64,000 nucleotides of DNA from Ruditapes philippinarum. Lineage: Eukaryota. Position 1 is the first letter of the stretch. Each line of letters begins with the position of its first letter. The translations under genes and the position numbers were made by a program. Below are positions 13,021 to 26,136 of this stretch, piece by piece. The notes beneath the pieces were generated by a model. The model was not told the DNA's origin and did not search any database. It worked only from the letters and a program-made list of their open reading frames with translations. The DNA is taken from positions 62,001-126,000 of the forward strand of contig NW_026860384.1 in the NCBI RefSeq assembly GCF_026571515.1. The letters run 5' to 3'.

Positions 13021-13447
13021 AACTCTCTTATCCCATCTAGTATCCGTTCTTGAAAACACTCCCTCAGAATACCAAACCATCAGATTCTGTACAACAATTT
13101 AAGCGTCCAGGTTAACCCTCTTATTACTATAACATAGGACCACGAAAATTCCAAATATTGCATACTCGTTTAAGACTTGTCTGTGGTTTCTTAAATGATG
13201 ATCGTTTCTGGGGGAAAAAACCTTTCCGAATCAAACATATGCGCTTGTTGACCAACAGAGACAGTGTTATCCTTTGTATCAGCATGAACGAGATATCCTC
13301 TATAGGAACATAATACAGCTGGATAGATCCCTGATCATAACTCACACTCTGCTTTTACATGGTTCTTATTGTCTTTCAAATAACCAAAACGAAGAGCCTT
13401 TCAAGATTGTTTACTTTTATATTGATTCTACGTAAAGATTTATTTAA
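13021..13447 (+). mobile_element. CR1-type LINE ORF2 C-terminal remnant
   Basis: Broken translation IPSSIR...NTLPQ...VQQFKR...IGPRKFQILHTRLRLVCGFLNDD...CAC...ET...PLYQHERDILY...LLLHGS...NEEPFKIVYFYIDST*RFI*, the typical CR1 ORF2 end. Confidence 0.75.
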
Positions 13448-13950
13448 TGTCTGACTGGTACTGTTATGCTGCATGTATTCATCTTTGTTTTGGGTTTTTT
13501 GTTGTTATTCTTATTTCTTTTTCGTCATCAAAACTTTCTAAAATTGTCCTTAACATTCTTTTTCAATCTTGCATTATCAAATGTGATTTCTTTCTGGTAA
13601 CTTGTTAATTACAACCACCGCCTCTGACATTAAAGACTGTTATTGTTTCAGTCAAAATCTATCATTATTGTATAGTTGGCACTTACATATGTACAAATAT
13701 TTTGAATAAAGATATGTTTAAACCAATATTTAAACTAAATATGTGTAATATCAAAAATAGTTGCGGCTCTGATAGACGTTTAAATATACCATTGTTGTTT
13801 AGTTACCCTAACATCTTAAAAGAAATGCACACCATTTCCAGTAAAATATCAAGCAATCTTTATAGTTATATAATTAATCATGCAATTTTATCTGATCATT
13901 TCACTATAATGTTGTCATTGGTTTAGAAAACATATTCAATTAATAATTAT

Positions 13951-15213
13951 TTATAATAAGACAAGCACCATAAACAAAAGTGTGGAGATTAAAAACAAAG
14001 ATATGAAAACCAAGAATAGAATTTCATCGATATGGTGAACAATAAGCTTCCTACGCTCGGGGAAACCAATTCTTGTGACCGTCTTTGACTTTGTATCAGT
14101 GCTGTTATGTCGCAGGCTTTCGGTTTTTTGTATGTCTTCATGTACCTCAATTGCTTCAACAGATTTAGAGTTAACAGGTTTTCGTCTCTTGCTAAGATTA
14201 TAACACTGGTTATAGAGGGAAACAATGCTAGAGCTTTGTGAATCGTCGTGAATGTGTGTCGCCCTTATTAGTAAAATAGATACTGATGTTATCACCACGG
14301 CAACTGTCAGTTGATAGCTTATATATATTTGAAGATATGAAATATGTTTAGGAACTCTAGGCATGGACTCACTGACCAAATTCAGCAGCACAACAAAGGT
14401 GAGGAGCAAAGACATACTGTAACTTATTCGTTCTCCACTCGCTACTGGTAACTTGAAACACAACACGATCATAAACGACAAAAGGAAAACGGGAACTATA
14501 ATGTTAAGAACATAAAACAACGAGTGACGTTTAAGAGTCAAAGTTATATCAAGAAATGTTACATATCCATAAATCACTCTTTTCTCAATAATTGATTTTT
14601 CCAAAGCCCATTCACCATTTTCCTTATATAAAACTCTTCTAACTTGATCACGTAAAGCATCAATGAGAACTTCAGTGTCCGGAGTTGATTTTGAAATCAT
14701 GATTGTACAATGTTGAACATCAAATGGGTATTTGGTGATGTCAATATTACAAGATGTACGGATATTTCCTCCTGTATACCATAGTGCATCCCCGTTACTT
14801 TCAACTTTAATTTGTAACATGTCCGCGCGATTTTCTGTCAGGACGTATAATGAGTCAATACTATTACTTGCAATAAGATCGGGTATCCATGCAACTACAG
14901 GTGATATATACATTGTTTTAATCTCACTAAATTCTGATTCATTCCAAACCAAAGTTTCATATTTCCAGTTACACGTTAGAGCAATGTTAGACTGTAAGAC
15001 CTGTTCCTTTTCATCTAATCCTTGAATTGCCTGTAAGCTAACGTCGATTCCTACAATAATTGATTTAGACTGATTAATAACTGGTCTAATTGTTTTGTCA
15101 AAGTTTTCCTCTAGATGTCTATAAAGCCTTTTATATTCCCAAAAAGTATTACCCTGGCCTTTTTCTATCATTATATGACAAATTATACAGAATAAAATAT
15201 ATGTCACTTCCAT
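13951..15213 (-). CDS. Intronless Cys-loop ligand-gated ion channel subunit, nAChR-like non-alpha (copy 1), 420 aa
   Basis: Signal peptide, IRPV, WIPD, Cys-loop CNIDITKYPFDVQHC (C-x13-C), NGEW, LKR before M1, M2 GERISYSMSLLLTFVVLL, four hydrophobic helices. No vicinal Cys in loop C. Uninterrupted ATG-to-stop ORF. Confidence 0.97.
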   Translation of the reverse strand: MEVTYILFCIICHIMIEKGQGNTFWEYKRLYRHLEENFDKTIRPVINQSKSIIVGIDVSLQAIQGLDEKEQVLQSNIALTCNWKYETLVWNESEFSEIKTMYISPVVAWIPDLIASNSIDSLYVLTENRADMLQIKVESNGDALWYTGGNIRTSCNIDITKYPFDVQHCTIMISKSTPDTEVLIDALRDQVRRVLYKENGEWALEKSIIEKRVIYGYVTFLDITLTLKRHSLFYVLNIIVPVFLLSFMIVLCFKLPVASGERISYSMSLLLTFVVLLNLVSESMPRVPKHISYLQIYISYQLTVAVVITSVSILLIRATHIHDDSQSSSIVSLYNQCYNLSKRRKPVNSKSVEAIEVHEDIQKTESLRHNSTDTKSKTVTRIGFPERRKLIVHHIDEILFLVFISLFLISTLLFMVLVLL

Positions 15214-15680
15214 GTTTTCACCAAACGTAAGAAGCAGTTATAAATATCTACTTCTATCAAGCATATAACCGATTTCCTTAATATTTACTTTCATACTGAC
15301 ATTATTGTATAATGTAAATGGATATTCTACGCCACTCTTTCAAAGAATCCACCGTTCGCGATAACACTTTGATTTTCTGTTTTTCAATGTTCAAACGTTA
15401 CTGATATTTTCAATTAGCAGAATGTTATCGATTAACATGATAACGTGAAATAGCTTTTATTGTGATATCCGTACATTTGTAAAGAGTTCCCGCTGTGTAT
15501 TTGATATCATCATCGACAATATAATAAGTTAACGCTTTTTAAAAGCTTTTAATTATACTTTAATCATAAATGATTCTTTACTTCTGTCATCAATATTGAT
15601 TGTATGGTGTAATTTTTATAAACAAGTCATTATATGAAAGCATATATGTACATGTATAACCTTTCATTTTTTAAAGTATG
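15214..15680 (-). promoter_or_regulatory. Conserved 5' flank of the channel genes (putative promoter/5' UTR)
   Basis: Alignable in all three intact copies (also 27400-27750 and 56368-56820), with tatttataa ~27 nt upstream of the ATG. The conservation could simply reflect recent duplication. Confidence 0.3.
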
Positions 15681-16021
15681 TTAGTGAAATGTTAATTAAT
15701 TTAGAAATAATAATTATCATATTAATTGACATTTTTCATTTTCTTAACTTGCCAGAGCAATAAAGGTATATATGGCAGATGACAGACTTGATTTCCATTA
15801 AAGAAAACGATGTTAAACAAAAGTAATTGGGTATGGTCAATGATGGCGTACAAAAGTTGTGATTTAATGTATAATGGCGTATTTTGTGGCGCATTGCGGA
15901 CATGGTTTACATCATTGCATTCCTTTGACTTTTATGTACACATGTACTCATTAAAGATATCAGACTTGAAATATAAATAACCATGCTTTAAAAGTCATCT
16001 TAATCATTTAACTTAAATTCT

Positions 16022-16085
16022 TCACACACACGCACGCGCGCACGCTCTCACACACTTACATACACACACGCGCGAGCGCGCAATA
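16022..16085. repeat. Compound (CA)n/(CG)n microsatellite in duplicated flank module
   Basis: Directly visible; paralogous tracts at ~28270-28360, ~43869-43979 (inverted) and ~58657-58746. Confidence 0.9.
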
Positions 16086-19000
16086 CTTCTTCATATTTCA
16101 TATATCTTTATCTAACCTTACAAGAGGTCACAGCTGTACTTCTGGGGTATTAACACACAGAATCAAAGAATAAAATATCTTAAGAGAATGGAAAGTTGTC
16201 TTTAAATCAGGTATCCGTCAGTGTAACATCGTAATATATCTTCAATAATTATTTTCTTAAGACACAAGTCTCTAACGGATTGAACTGGAAGCTATATTTT
16301 TCCACTGCTTTTGTGACGAATGCTCCACTGCTGTAGCGTTTGACTCATCGACTCTACAAAAGCTATGGCCAGTATGATCATTGGCTAAAATAAGCTGACA
16401 TTGACCTTTATGTCATCGATATTTCTGGTAAAAAAATCGTTTGAACTTTTCTAAAATCAACAATAACGGGTTACAATAGTACTTGGATAAACTCATATTG
16501 TCATGTATAGTTTCAACATTAAATGCCCTTGATAGTATTTATTTTTACTAAATTTGCCAGACTTTTGTAATTTATAGACTTACATGATTCGTATTTGAAC
16601 TAACTATACCTAGGATTAAATTTCAAGTGGAGGAAGTTTTCAGGTTCGATAATGACCTTTGAAGGACCTTGACCTTTAGAGTAAAGTCATTAAATTTTCA
16701 TAAAATTGGTCAAATCTGAATTATTAATGGATGGATTTGATTTACTTACGTAGCCGAAAATAAGGTTATCTGTACACTTCTATGAATAAAAGCTTGTGTA
16801 GCGTATAACGAAAACATGTACCAAAAATAATTCGTACTTGCTTGAATTCATTTAAATTTTAATGTTTATATTGTTTTTGATGATGAATGCCAAATAACAA
16901 AATTCAGTTTTAAATAGTATGTAGATAACGTTTTGCCGATATATTTAGAACTGAAATACTGAAAGACGTTCGGAAGAGAAGGAATACAGGGAAGGGCCCA
17001 CGATAATGTTGTAAGAACTTTTGGCTCAACCCTTTTGTATGTACACTTCATTAAATCAAATTCCGTGATCATATTTCAGTTCAGGGAAAGTGTGGGCATT
17101 TTGCTGATTTGTTTCTTTCTTGCGGGGCGGGAGTATTGTGACATACTATATCTCAGAGATTACAGACCCCATAAAGTAATGCTATACTTTACATAACTCT
17201 TTCTTTCTTTATCTATATAACTGTCCGTTGGCCTTTAAATAATATAATATCCACGATGACGTAAGCGAGCACTATTACGTTTTTGTCAAAACGCTTAAAT
17301 TTAGCGGCTTTAACCGCTAGGAATATTTTACAGTATCTGGAAAAAAGTGATCCCTCGGAAGCATTAAAAACAGCAAAATTACATGATAATTGCAGACTCG
17401 GTTTGATTAAATCTATACATGAGGGATAATAAAAAATTGCAACGTCCATCACGCCCCGTAGCACCGGCGTGAGTTGTACTCAATTCTCAACACTAAAAGT
17501 GCTGAAGTCAATACATTTTGTTATTTAAACTATGATACAAAACATATCATAAAGTACTTCCGACATCATAGCATAAATGTGACCTCACAGTCAACCCCGA
17601 ACTTACATTTAAGACCTAAGCATTCGGTATTGGTCTGTTAAATGTTTGCGTGCTGACTGATCGTTTACGATAATTTTACATCATTTCATCAATTATAACA
17701 ACAACGAAATCATAATAATCAATTTAATGTAAATTCTGACAATCACAAAAGATGACAGTACAAATAGATATCATGTTATTTTACTCTTTCACATCGAATA
17801 AAATAGAAAACCCTTTAATACAATAGAATTTGAAAATAAAGGGATGTTAAATTTATTTTTAATAATGTATTCTCAACGGATTATATCAAACAGCAGCATT
17901 TAATTATTTACACAATGAAAATGAAAAATGATCAATGGCTTAAGTTGTGTCGGGGGATGCGTTATGTGAACGTCGCATTGCCTTATTGATATTTGTTCAC
18001 ATTTTTAATGTACTCTAGAATAAATAGAAAATGAAATATGAAACATGGAATTGAATATTTGAAAAGCAAAAGCAAAGAAATATTCACTTAAGGATGTTAT
18101 CGAACGGAGCAAAAAGGCAATCCATGGAGAACTTTAATAAGAACATTATGAGCGAAGAAACAATATAAGTATCTCAGGAATTAATATTGTATAATAAAAA
18201 TAAACAGCAATAAATTTGTGTTTCAAGGTTACATACATACATTTATATTGACCTTTAATACATATTTCCAGGAAAAGCGCCCGATAAAAGTGGACTATAT
18301 TTCACGATTTACAATAAACAAAATTTTCAAACCTTATTTCACGAATAACAAGAGACAAAAAAATCAAACCCTATAAGCGTTGAGTTAGGCTGAAATCTTT
18401 GCGGACGAGAATTTATTAATACTTGTTCATGGAAGGTACTGGAATGTGCAAATTACCGGCCACGCCCTCTAGCACTGGCTTTAGTAGTATTCAACATTTA
18501 AATATGAAAGTGGTGAAAATTTGTATTTCAAAACATCCGCAGATGAAAGTTTGATCCGAAGGGAAGGACGGTCATCTAACAAGTTTGGCTTATGGCTTTC
18601 TTTGAACTTTATGTTGTATTTTTTTAACATAATCCAGTCACAGTTTCCACTAAAAATGGTGGCATAAAGGTACATGCAGTTATTGTATGCTTTTTATACA
18701 AGATGTGTAGAAAGTACAGAAATAGAAACAGGTTTTTTTATTTTATCTAACTTCTAAGCAACCCATTTATGTCTGCCAATCTAAAATCATCGATTTACGA
18801 GTCGTACTCCGATTTTGGTAGGTCACTAAATTGAATAATTTCATTCATCTGTATGAAAGAAATTGTGCTCTTTATCACTACATTGTTTGTATTGACATGA
18901 TAGAGATAGCTGTATACAATCATCAAAAGAATGTCAAACAAGGGTCAACCGAAGCATGATTTTTTTCGCAATTCGAAATTGATAGTTTTAAATGCTAGAT

Positions 19001-20649
19001 AAACATTTAAAAAAACATTACCAGTATATTAAACTTGCTTGTTTGTTGTTTTTTCCATTTTCTTCACCACTTTTCCGAAAACTATAGACATCTGTGCGAA
19101 TGACAAGTGCGCACTCTTTAAAATTTCAATCTAATTTAGAAGCATTTTTTTTCATCAGTTATCATTTAAGCATTTTCTAAATCCTTCAGTGAAGATATAT
19201 TTTCTTTAAATGCATTTGATGAAAAATGAATCCAAATAATAAATTTTGCCTGTCATCATGTAACATCATATGAGCGGGGTTTTATATACAAAAGGGAAGT
19301 ATTAATTTAGTACTGTACAACTTGAAAGTGAATAAAGTAGAGTTATTGTGAGTTTGTGAGTTTGCACATTCATTTGTCCATAATGTAATGGTTAATATAA
19401 CTATCATTCTGGTCTACGAGTATGTGTTTTGTAATAAGGTTTTCTAGTTACAAATATAAATATATGGTTACATTTCGTGTAGAGCAATTGGCAACAATAG
19501 CTTTCAGAACTGACTATTTATGAATGTATAATCAGCCAATTATTTGCGCCGTGGAATACAGAATTGAATTCTATTCATTATAGCTACTGTGCCGCTATGA
19601 TATTGAATTGCCTCACAAGATGTCTATCTTCTTTCTTTCTTTCATTATGTTTTTTTAAATTTTACATTAGATGCAAATGAAATGGACTATAAAACTAGTT
19701 TTGTTTTAATATCTAATTATTCCAATATAATGGTAATAATGATTTTTTGAAAATTCTGTGTAGTGTGCAGGATGTAGTAGTCGATGAACTTGTATAGCAC
19801 ATGAGTATTTCGTGCCGACTAAAGTAATGTTGAAACAATTTGTGTACATGTATACATTCAGTTTAGTATTCAGTATAATGTTGCACCAACTTTCTACATT
19901 TAAAACAAAAGGGAACAAAGTGAAATGTGAAGTTAATAGAAAATAACACAACACTTAAAATCTTAACAAGAGAATACTTCAGCATATTCTTATTTGATTA
20001 TCAATAATATAGAAATACTTTTAAGGAAATCCGAAACTGTGGAATTTATATAGATGAGTCTGACCTGAATTTAGTGGCCTCATCTCTTTCAATCATTAAG
20101 ATTTCATGACAACTAAATCTAATAAACACTAACCTTTGTGAGAGAGGTCAAAATTAACAAGTTTCATTGGATAACAAATAAATAACATATCATTTAAATC
20201 AAGTTTGGCGGGATTTGTAAAAAGTATTCACTTCGGTCAGGGAAATTGTTGAAGAAGGATGGTCTTCCTTAACAGAATTGAACTCGTCTATATTTACAGT
20301 GAGGTAAATCCCAGGTTGTCCCTGTCCTGTCCTTTGACCTATTTAATTTGGTTATGTAAAATTATGGTTAAATTCATTTTAATCCAGATGTTTTCCATAC
20401 CATTCTGAATCAGCTCTTTCTCAGCTGAATTGAGTTTTTATATTTTCAAATATAACTTCATAAGTAAATATTTATCTAAATATGAAATTAAGTACAATTA
20501 ATTTGCTTTTGTTTGCTTATGCTTGTGTATTTGTAGGACACCTTTTTTATTACAACTATTAAATTTGAAGTGAACCTACAAACAATAAAATATAATTATC
20601 AACTGCGACACCCTCAGAATTATTTATTCCTGAATCAACCAACTGTCAC

Positions 20650-22290
20650 ACAAATAACAAAAATATTTAATTACTATAGTAGCAAATCAAATTAATTGAC
20701 GTTATAGGCATTGTAAATTTATTTAATATATTCTATTCTTTAATTTATTAAAACAACCATGAAATGTTTATAAAAACATTAATCAGAACTGACATGGCGG
20801 AAAAAAACGTGTTTAGCATAACATTAAATCATTAAATCATTGATTCCAATTTTGTTTGCTTTGTTTAATTATGAATTGTATATTTTAATGGTGGAAATGA
20901 TATGAGAGGTATCCAAGCCTTTCCTGATATTGTTGAAGTATTTTTGCTTATGTTTGCAGATGATATAGCATAACTACAGAGACGTTAGGACTATTGTCGT
21001 TGTTCAGAAGCAATTAAACTTTTTACAAAAAATTTGCATTAGTAGTAAACTTGTTGTTGATATTGAAAAAAAAAACTAAAGTACTTGTATTTAAAAGAAG
21101 TGGTCATTTATCTAGAAGAGAAATACGGAAGTATAATAGTAACAAACTGGAAATTGAAGAATCCAAATAATTAATAGTGTTATATGAACAGTGTCTCAGT
21201 TAGAAAATGTAATATTAAATCATTATATTAATTATTTTGATAAGACTACCTACGGAACAATATTTTTCTGTTATATGGTTGAAAAGGGTAGACATTTTAA
21301 TATTGATAGAGAAAACCTTCATTGTTTCTACTATGAATCAATGTTAGAAGATGAATATCACTTTCTTATCGTATGTTCTATATATGTAAATTTACGTTCA
21401 CTTTTTATACCATTGTATTACTCTCAATACCCGACTGTTGAAAAGTTCTACTCTTTGATGGCTACTGAAGGCGAGTCATTGATAGTAATGTTGCTATGTA
21501 TATTTATTATACATTTAAAGAAAGATATTATTTCCTCAAATGTTTTTAATAATATAGATTCAGATTGTACTGTATTATTATATTAGAAATTTAACCATTA
21601 CTATATATCCAGTAATGCTAATTTGTATTGTATATTATATGTACTGTGTATGGGCCGGAGGCCTCTATTGAATTGAATTAAATCACACATTGTTTAATGT
21701 TCTATAGTTATCTTGTATCATAGTTTGGGGACATTTCCTGTTGAAAATTGTCAAAGTTAAATCGTATACATAAACATGCACAATGCTTTATCTGGAGTGC
21801 AATTATTAGTTACCCGCACTCCAAAGCATCCCCATTGATTGGCTGATTTTTTCTGGGGTTTATTTATTGTGACGGCAGAGAAATAGAAATATTATATTCA
21901 GATGCTCGTTAATTGGTTACTTTTTTACTGGGGTTTCATATTGTGACAACATCAAAAATACGGAAAAAGTAATTTATACTCGGGGCTACGCTCCCTCGTA
22001 CAAATCAGATTGCCTCGTGTTTTGATGCTCTTTCTATTACTTTAAATGGAAAGAAAATCTTAAACGGTATATTATGGTGTATAATAAACGTTTTGTCGGA
22101 CTGGTATTTAAATAATGTTATATAATAAATTTTGGTAAATTTGGCACACTACTGGCAGACATGTTTTGTAAGAGGTTAAATTCAGGGTTGTTATAATTTT
22201 TCTAATCCTTCGAGATCAGAGATCATTGATTTCATTGATATGTAGCCCTAGGAAGCTTAAATTCAGGTATAACTTTTTGGTAATTTTTTA
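20650..22290 (+). repeat. Diverged paralogue of the 10500-12345 flank block, including LINE remnant copy 3 (~20870-21679)
   Basis: Same sequence blocks (FADD motif, EDEYHFLIVC, gggccggaggcct, tctggagtgc...gcactcc) in the same position relative to channel copy 2. Confidence 0.9.
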
Positions 22291-22460
22291 ATTACAACCA
22301 CCAAAGACATTGAAAACTGTTAAATTGTTTAAAAAAAATGTGGCTTCTATAACTTTAAACCTTCTAGCCAAAATCTATAATTATTGTAATGTTGATACTT
22401 AAACATGTACAAATAAATAAAATTCTGAATACAAATATGGCTTAACCAATTTTAGAACAA

Positions 22461-25400
22461 GGGGAAGGACGTGATGTGGTTGCACAATTGGTTCAAGCGA
22501 GACATTGGGTTGTAAACTTGACAAAATGGCTACCAAGTCATCATATTCACAACACTCGCGCGTATCTTGTACAGGTAAGTGGGTTGTTATGTAAATTTTA
22601 AATTTGCAATTATGCCTATTCCTTAAAGCAATGTTTAAGCTACACTCGGTTGAAGGTCTCAGCTTCCTAGCTTTTGATTTGATGAAGTTATAGAAGATAT
22701 AAACAGATCGTGTTGGTATCTTTAGATTTGACAAGGGACAATCAAGGCCTGATTTTATGCTCATTTATTCACAGCTGTAAGTTTTATAGTTCACCAAACA
22801 AGACAACATCAATATTTTGTCAATACTGTGTAAATGTTTCAGTTTGCATGCTCAAAACAAAGCTTGGTGCTAGGGGGCGTGGACGGTACCTTGCACTTTC
22901 AAGTACCGTCCATGAACAGGCTCAATCAAACCGAGCCTGCAACAGTTTCAATTTTGATGTGTTGGATTTTCTTTAGGGATTTTGTTTTTCTCTATTCCAT
23001 ACACAAAAATATCTTGTTCAAGAGCACTTTAGCTGCAGACTTTTACTTCAAGCATTTCTGGCTGCAAACCTATCCGTCAAATGTAAAACTGCCAAAGGAA
23101 TTAACGAAGCCAGAGATATTTCCTTGACAATTTTATGCAGCTGTGTTATTTTACTGGCGGCTTTTAACTTTGTTTTTTAGGGTTTTGACATTTAAGGGGT
23201 TCTTTATTTAGTTTTCAATTAGTATTATCTATTGGTATGACCACTCCATATTCAGAATTTTGTTTCCCTCCTGCCTTTTGTTTGGTGCCCTTCTGAGTGT
23301 CTTTGCGGTAGCCCGGTAAGACTAAATTTTGACGGGTTTATGTCTCTGTGCATTGCTTTGTTCTTTTATTTTTCCTGCTTCACAGCCATGATACTTTCGC
23401 GTATTTCTACTAATTGCACGTTTCTCAGTTCATTAATGGAAAATCATTATGAAATATAATGGGAAGTTATCAAAATAGCTTAGCTGAAGTTTCAAAAAGA
23501 AGAATAACATAAATTAGAAACGGAATGAAAGATTGTTTCAGTTGGAAAACGCGTCATAATAAATAAAGCTTTCTTCATGGTCCTTGCAACGAATTAACTT
23601 AATGTCACGTTGGATGCTACTCGGGTAAAACAATGAAATGTATTAATATGTTGAAAAAGTGATCCCTCGGAAGCATTAAAACAGTAAATTAACACAAAAA
23701 CTGCAAACTCGTTATTTTTAGATTTCATTTTCTTGAAATGTGTCACTGTCACACTGTACACTCAGTAGGGCACCAAACAAAACGCTAGGTGGGGGAAAAT
23801 ATCGGGGCAATTTAAAACTAAATAAAGAATACCTAAAATACCAAAGCCATATCAAAAATTTAAAAACCAGTGAAATATCATAACTGTATAAACCCTTTCA
23901 TTTAAGCGATAAGCGTCGAGGAAGAGTTACTCGCCTAACCGAATGTGACGTCAATTGGGGATTGTAATATACAAACCGCGTAGAATGTTAGCTTATTGAA
24001 AGTTAAATGTGTCAGTACTGATCGCTAAATTACGATTATAACATGAAAAAGTTAACTAATGCATACATAAATTCCATATCTAGAAAATAAAATAAAAAAT
24101 ACAAAACCAAAAATTAAGATAAATTCTTGCTACGGGGTAAAACAGCGGAATTTCAAAGTGAATATATTAGATTTTATTCTATAAACACCCATACACAGTG
24201 AAATTATCTAATATGAATATAAATGGTCATCTTCTAGTTTTCTGTGTGATTTTCTGTCATTAAGAAAATTCCGGCGTTTTGTGACAAACATGAAGATTAG
24301 ATTGTCAATGTTTTTTTAATGATTGTTTTTCAAGCTTAACGAAATAGCATAATGCATTCTGTCAAGACTTCTTTTTCATTATACCATATAAAAAAATATT
24401 TCAAAGAACCAGTGAAGGATATAATTTTATAAGTATTCCTGAAAAAAGAACACAAAACCATGTGGCAATGATTTTTATAGCAGACGATAATAAGATAATT
24501 TTGATATTTGGGTCATCCTACTTTATTGGTCATGCCTTACGGATTTGATACTCCAGAATGACTACCAACTGTCACAGTCAAAAATACGTTGTCACAGTCA
24601 AAAATACGTAAAATCATAATTCAGTTAATAATGAATTTCTGTGAACCTGTTTAACAACTTGTTTTTCACTGATTTAAAAAAAACAACAAAAATTGATATG
24701 CAGAACATTATTTAAATAAAAATAACAAATTGAAAATATCAGTTGACCAGCTTTAATATAATATGTAGTGCATTCAATTGGTGTGAAGTACGATGAGAGC
24801 CTTTTTAGCCGACACAAGTAGTATATAGTCATGTACATTCAATAGAATTGCTGCTTTCATGCTTTAAAATTTTTTTGAAATTACATAAATTTTTATTATT
24901 GTTTTTCTTTGTCTCAGTAATGCTTAAATCAAAATAATATTTATTCATCCGGTATTTGCAGTTAATTATTACGCAGCCATTTTTCGAAACAACAGAAGAC
25001 TTACATTTTTCAAACTCAAAATATTCTCTTGCTACTGTGTACTAGCAGAGACATAGGAACATAATCTACATCTCTGGTATTAGCAAACTGCCTGGTTAAC
25101 ATGGTGCGAAAATTTTCATTATTTAGAAACAAACGAAAATGGTAACCATAATTAGTTACCAAGCCATGATCTAGTATTGAAACAGGTCGTTAATCTTATT
25201 ATTGTCAATATTTTTATTCATTTGACCATCCTTTTAAATGTAATATGTTATCCAACTACACAAAATTTGGCATTTCAAACTGCCAATCTTGCAAAAGTAA
25301 GGATTCAGATCTTTATATGCTTAATCGTATCGGCAATGTCCACCGTATCCCTCAATGACGTCATCCAAGGGCGACAACTTGAATCCTGTCTTAAATAAAA

Positions 25401-25941
25401 GGGTTTTTTAAATTGTTGAAGAAATATCTATGACTTATCAATATGATGTTTGAAGTTTTATATTTGACGAATAAAGTTGCGATCAAAAATGCTTTAAGTA
25501 CAAATTTGCAACAAAAATGCGCTTGAACATGATATTTTTGTGTATTGAAGCTTTTTTTTTTGAATTATGCAAATTAAATTATTTACACAGTATTGACAAA
25601 TACTAATTTTGTCTTGTTTAGTGAACTATTAAACTTACAGGTGTGAATATCCGCCCTGAATTGTCACTTGTCAAATCTAAAGATATCTACATGACCGATT
25701 TATATCTTCTATCACTTCATCAAATCAAAAGCTAGGAAGCTGAAACTTTCAACGGAGTGTGTCTTAAACATTGATTTAAGGAAGATGCATATTGAAGAGT
25801 TCCAAAATAACATACAAATCCATTAACCTGGACAAGATACGCGCGATTGTTGTAAAAATTGATGAATCGGTAGCCATTTTGTCAAGTTTCCAACCAAATT
25901 GCTCGCTTGAACCAAGTGTGCAACCACATCACGTCTTGCCC
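22461..25941. mobile_element. Old ~3.5-kb non-autonomous element with ~400-bp diverged terminal inverted repeats
   Basis: 22461-22866 is the reverse complement of 25549-25941 (ggggaaggacgtgatgtggttgcac... / ...gtgcaaccacatcacgtcttgccc). Absent from the equivalent 3' flank of copy 1 (~13735-13830). Confidence 0.75.
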
Positions 25942-26136
25942 TTAGTTAATCGAAGATGGCTACGGCTCTATATACACAAAGTTGTTAAGTTACCATTATA
26001 TTTTGAAAAAAATCATATCATTTCCAGTAAATTATCAAGTAATCTTTACATTTATAATATTAATCATGACATTTTATCTTATCTTTTCACTATAATGTTG
26101 TCATTGGTTTAGAAAACATATTTAATTAATAATTAG

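Noticed and set aside
14732-15025. 97-aa plus-strand ORF repeated at 26918 and 55886
   Set aside because: Antisense shadow of the channel genes with a non-ATG start; its conservation is explained by the sense gene.
20005-20310. Faint YqaJ/lambda-exonuclease-like peptide (CGIYIDE...LVAS)
   Set aside because: Only one weak motif with several stops; not supportable without a profile search.
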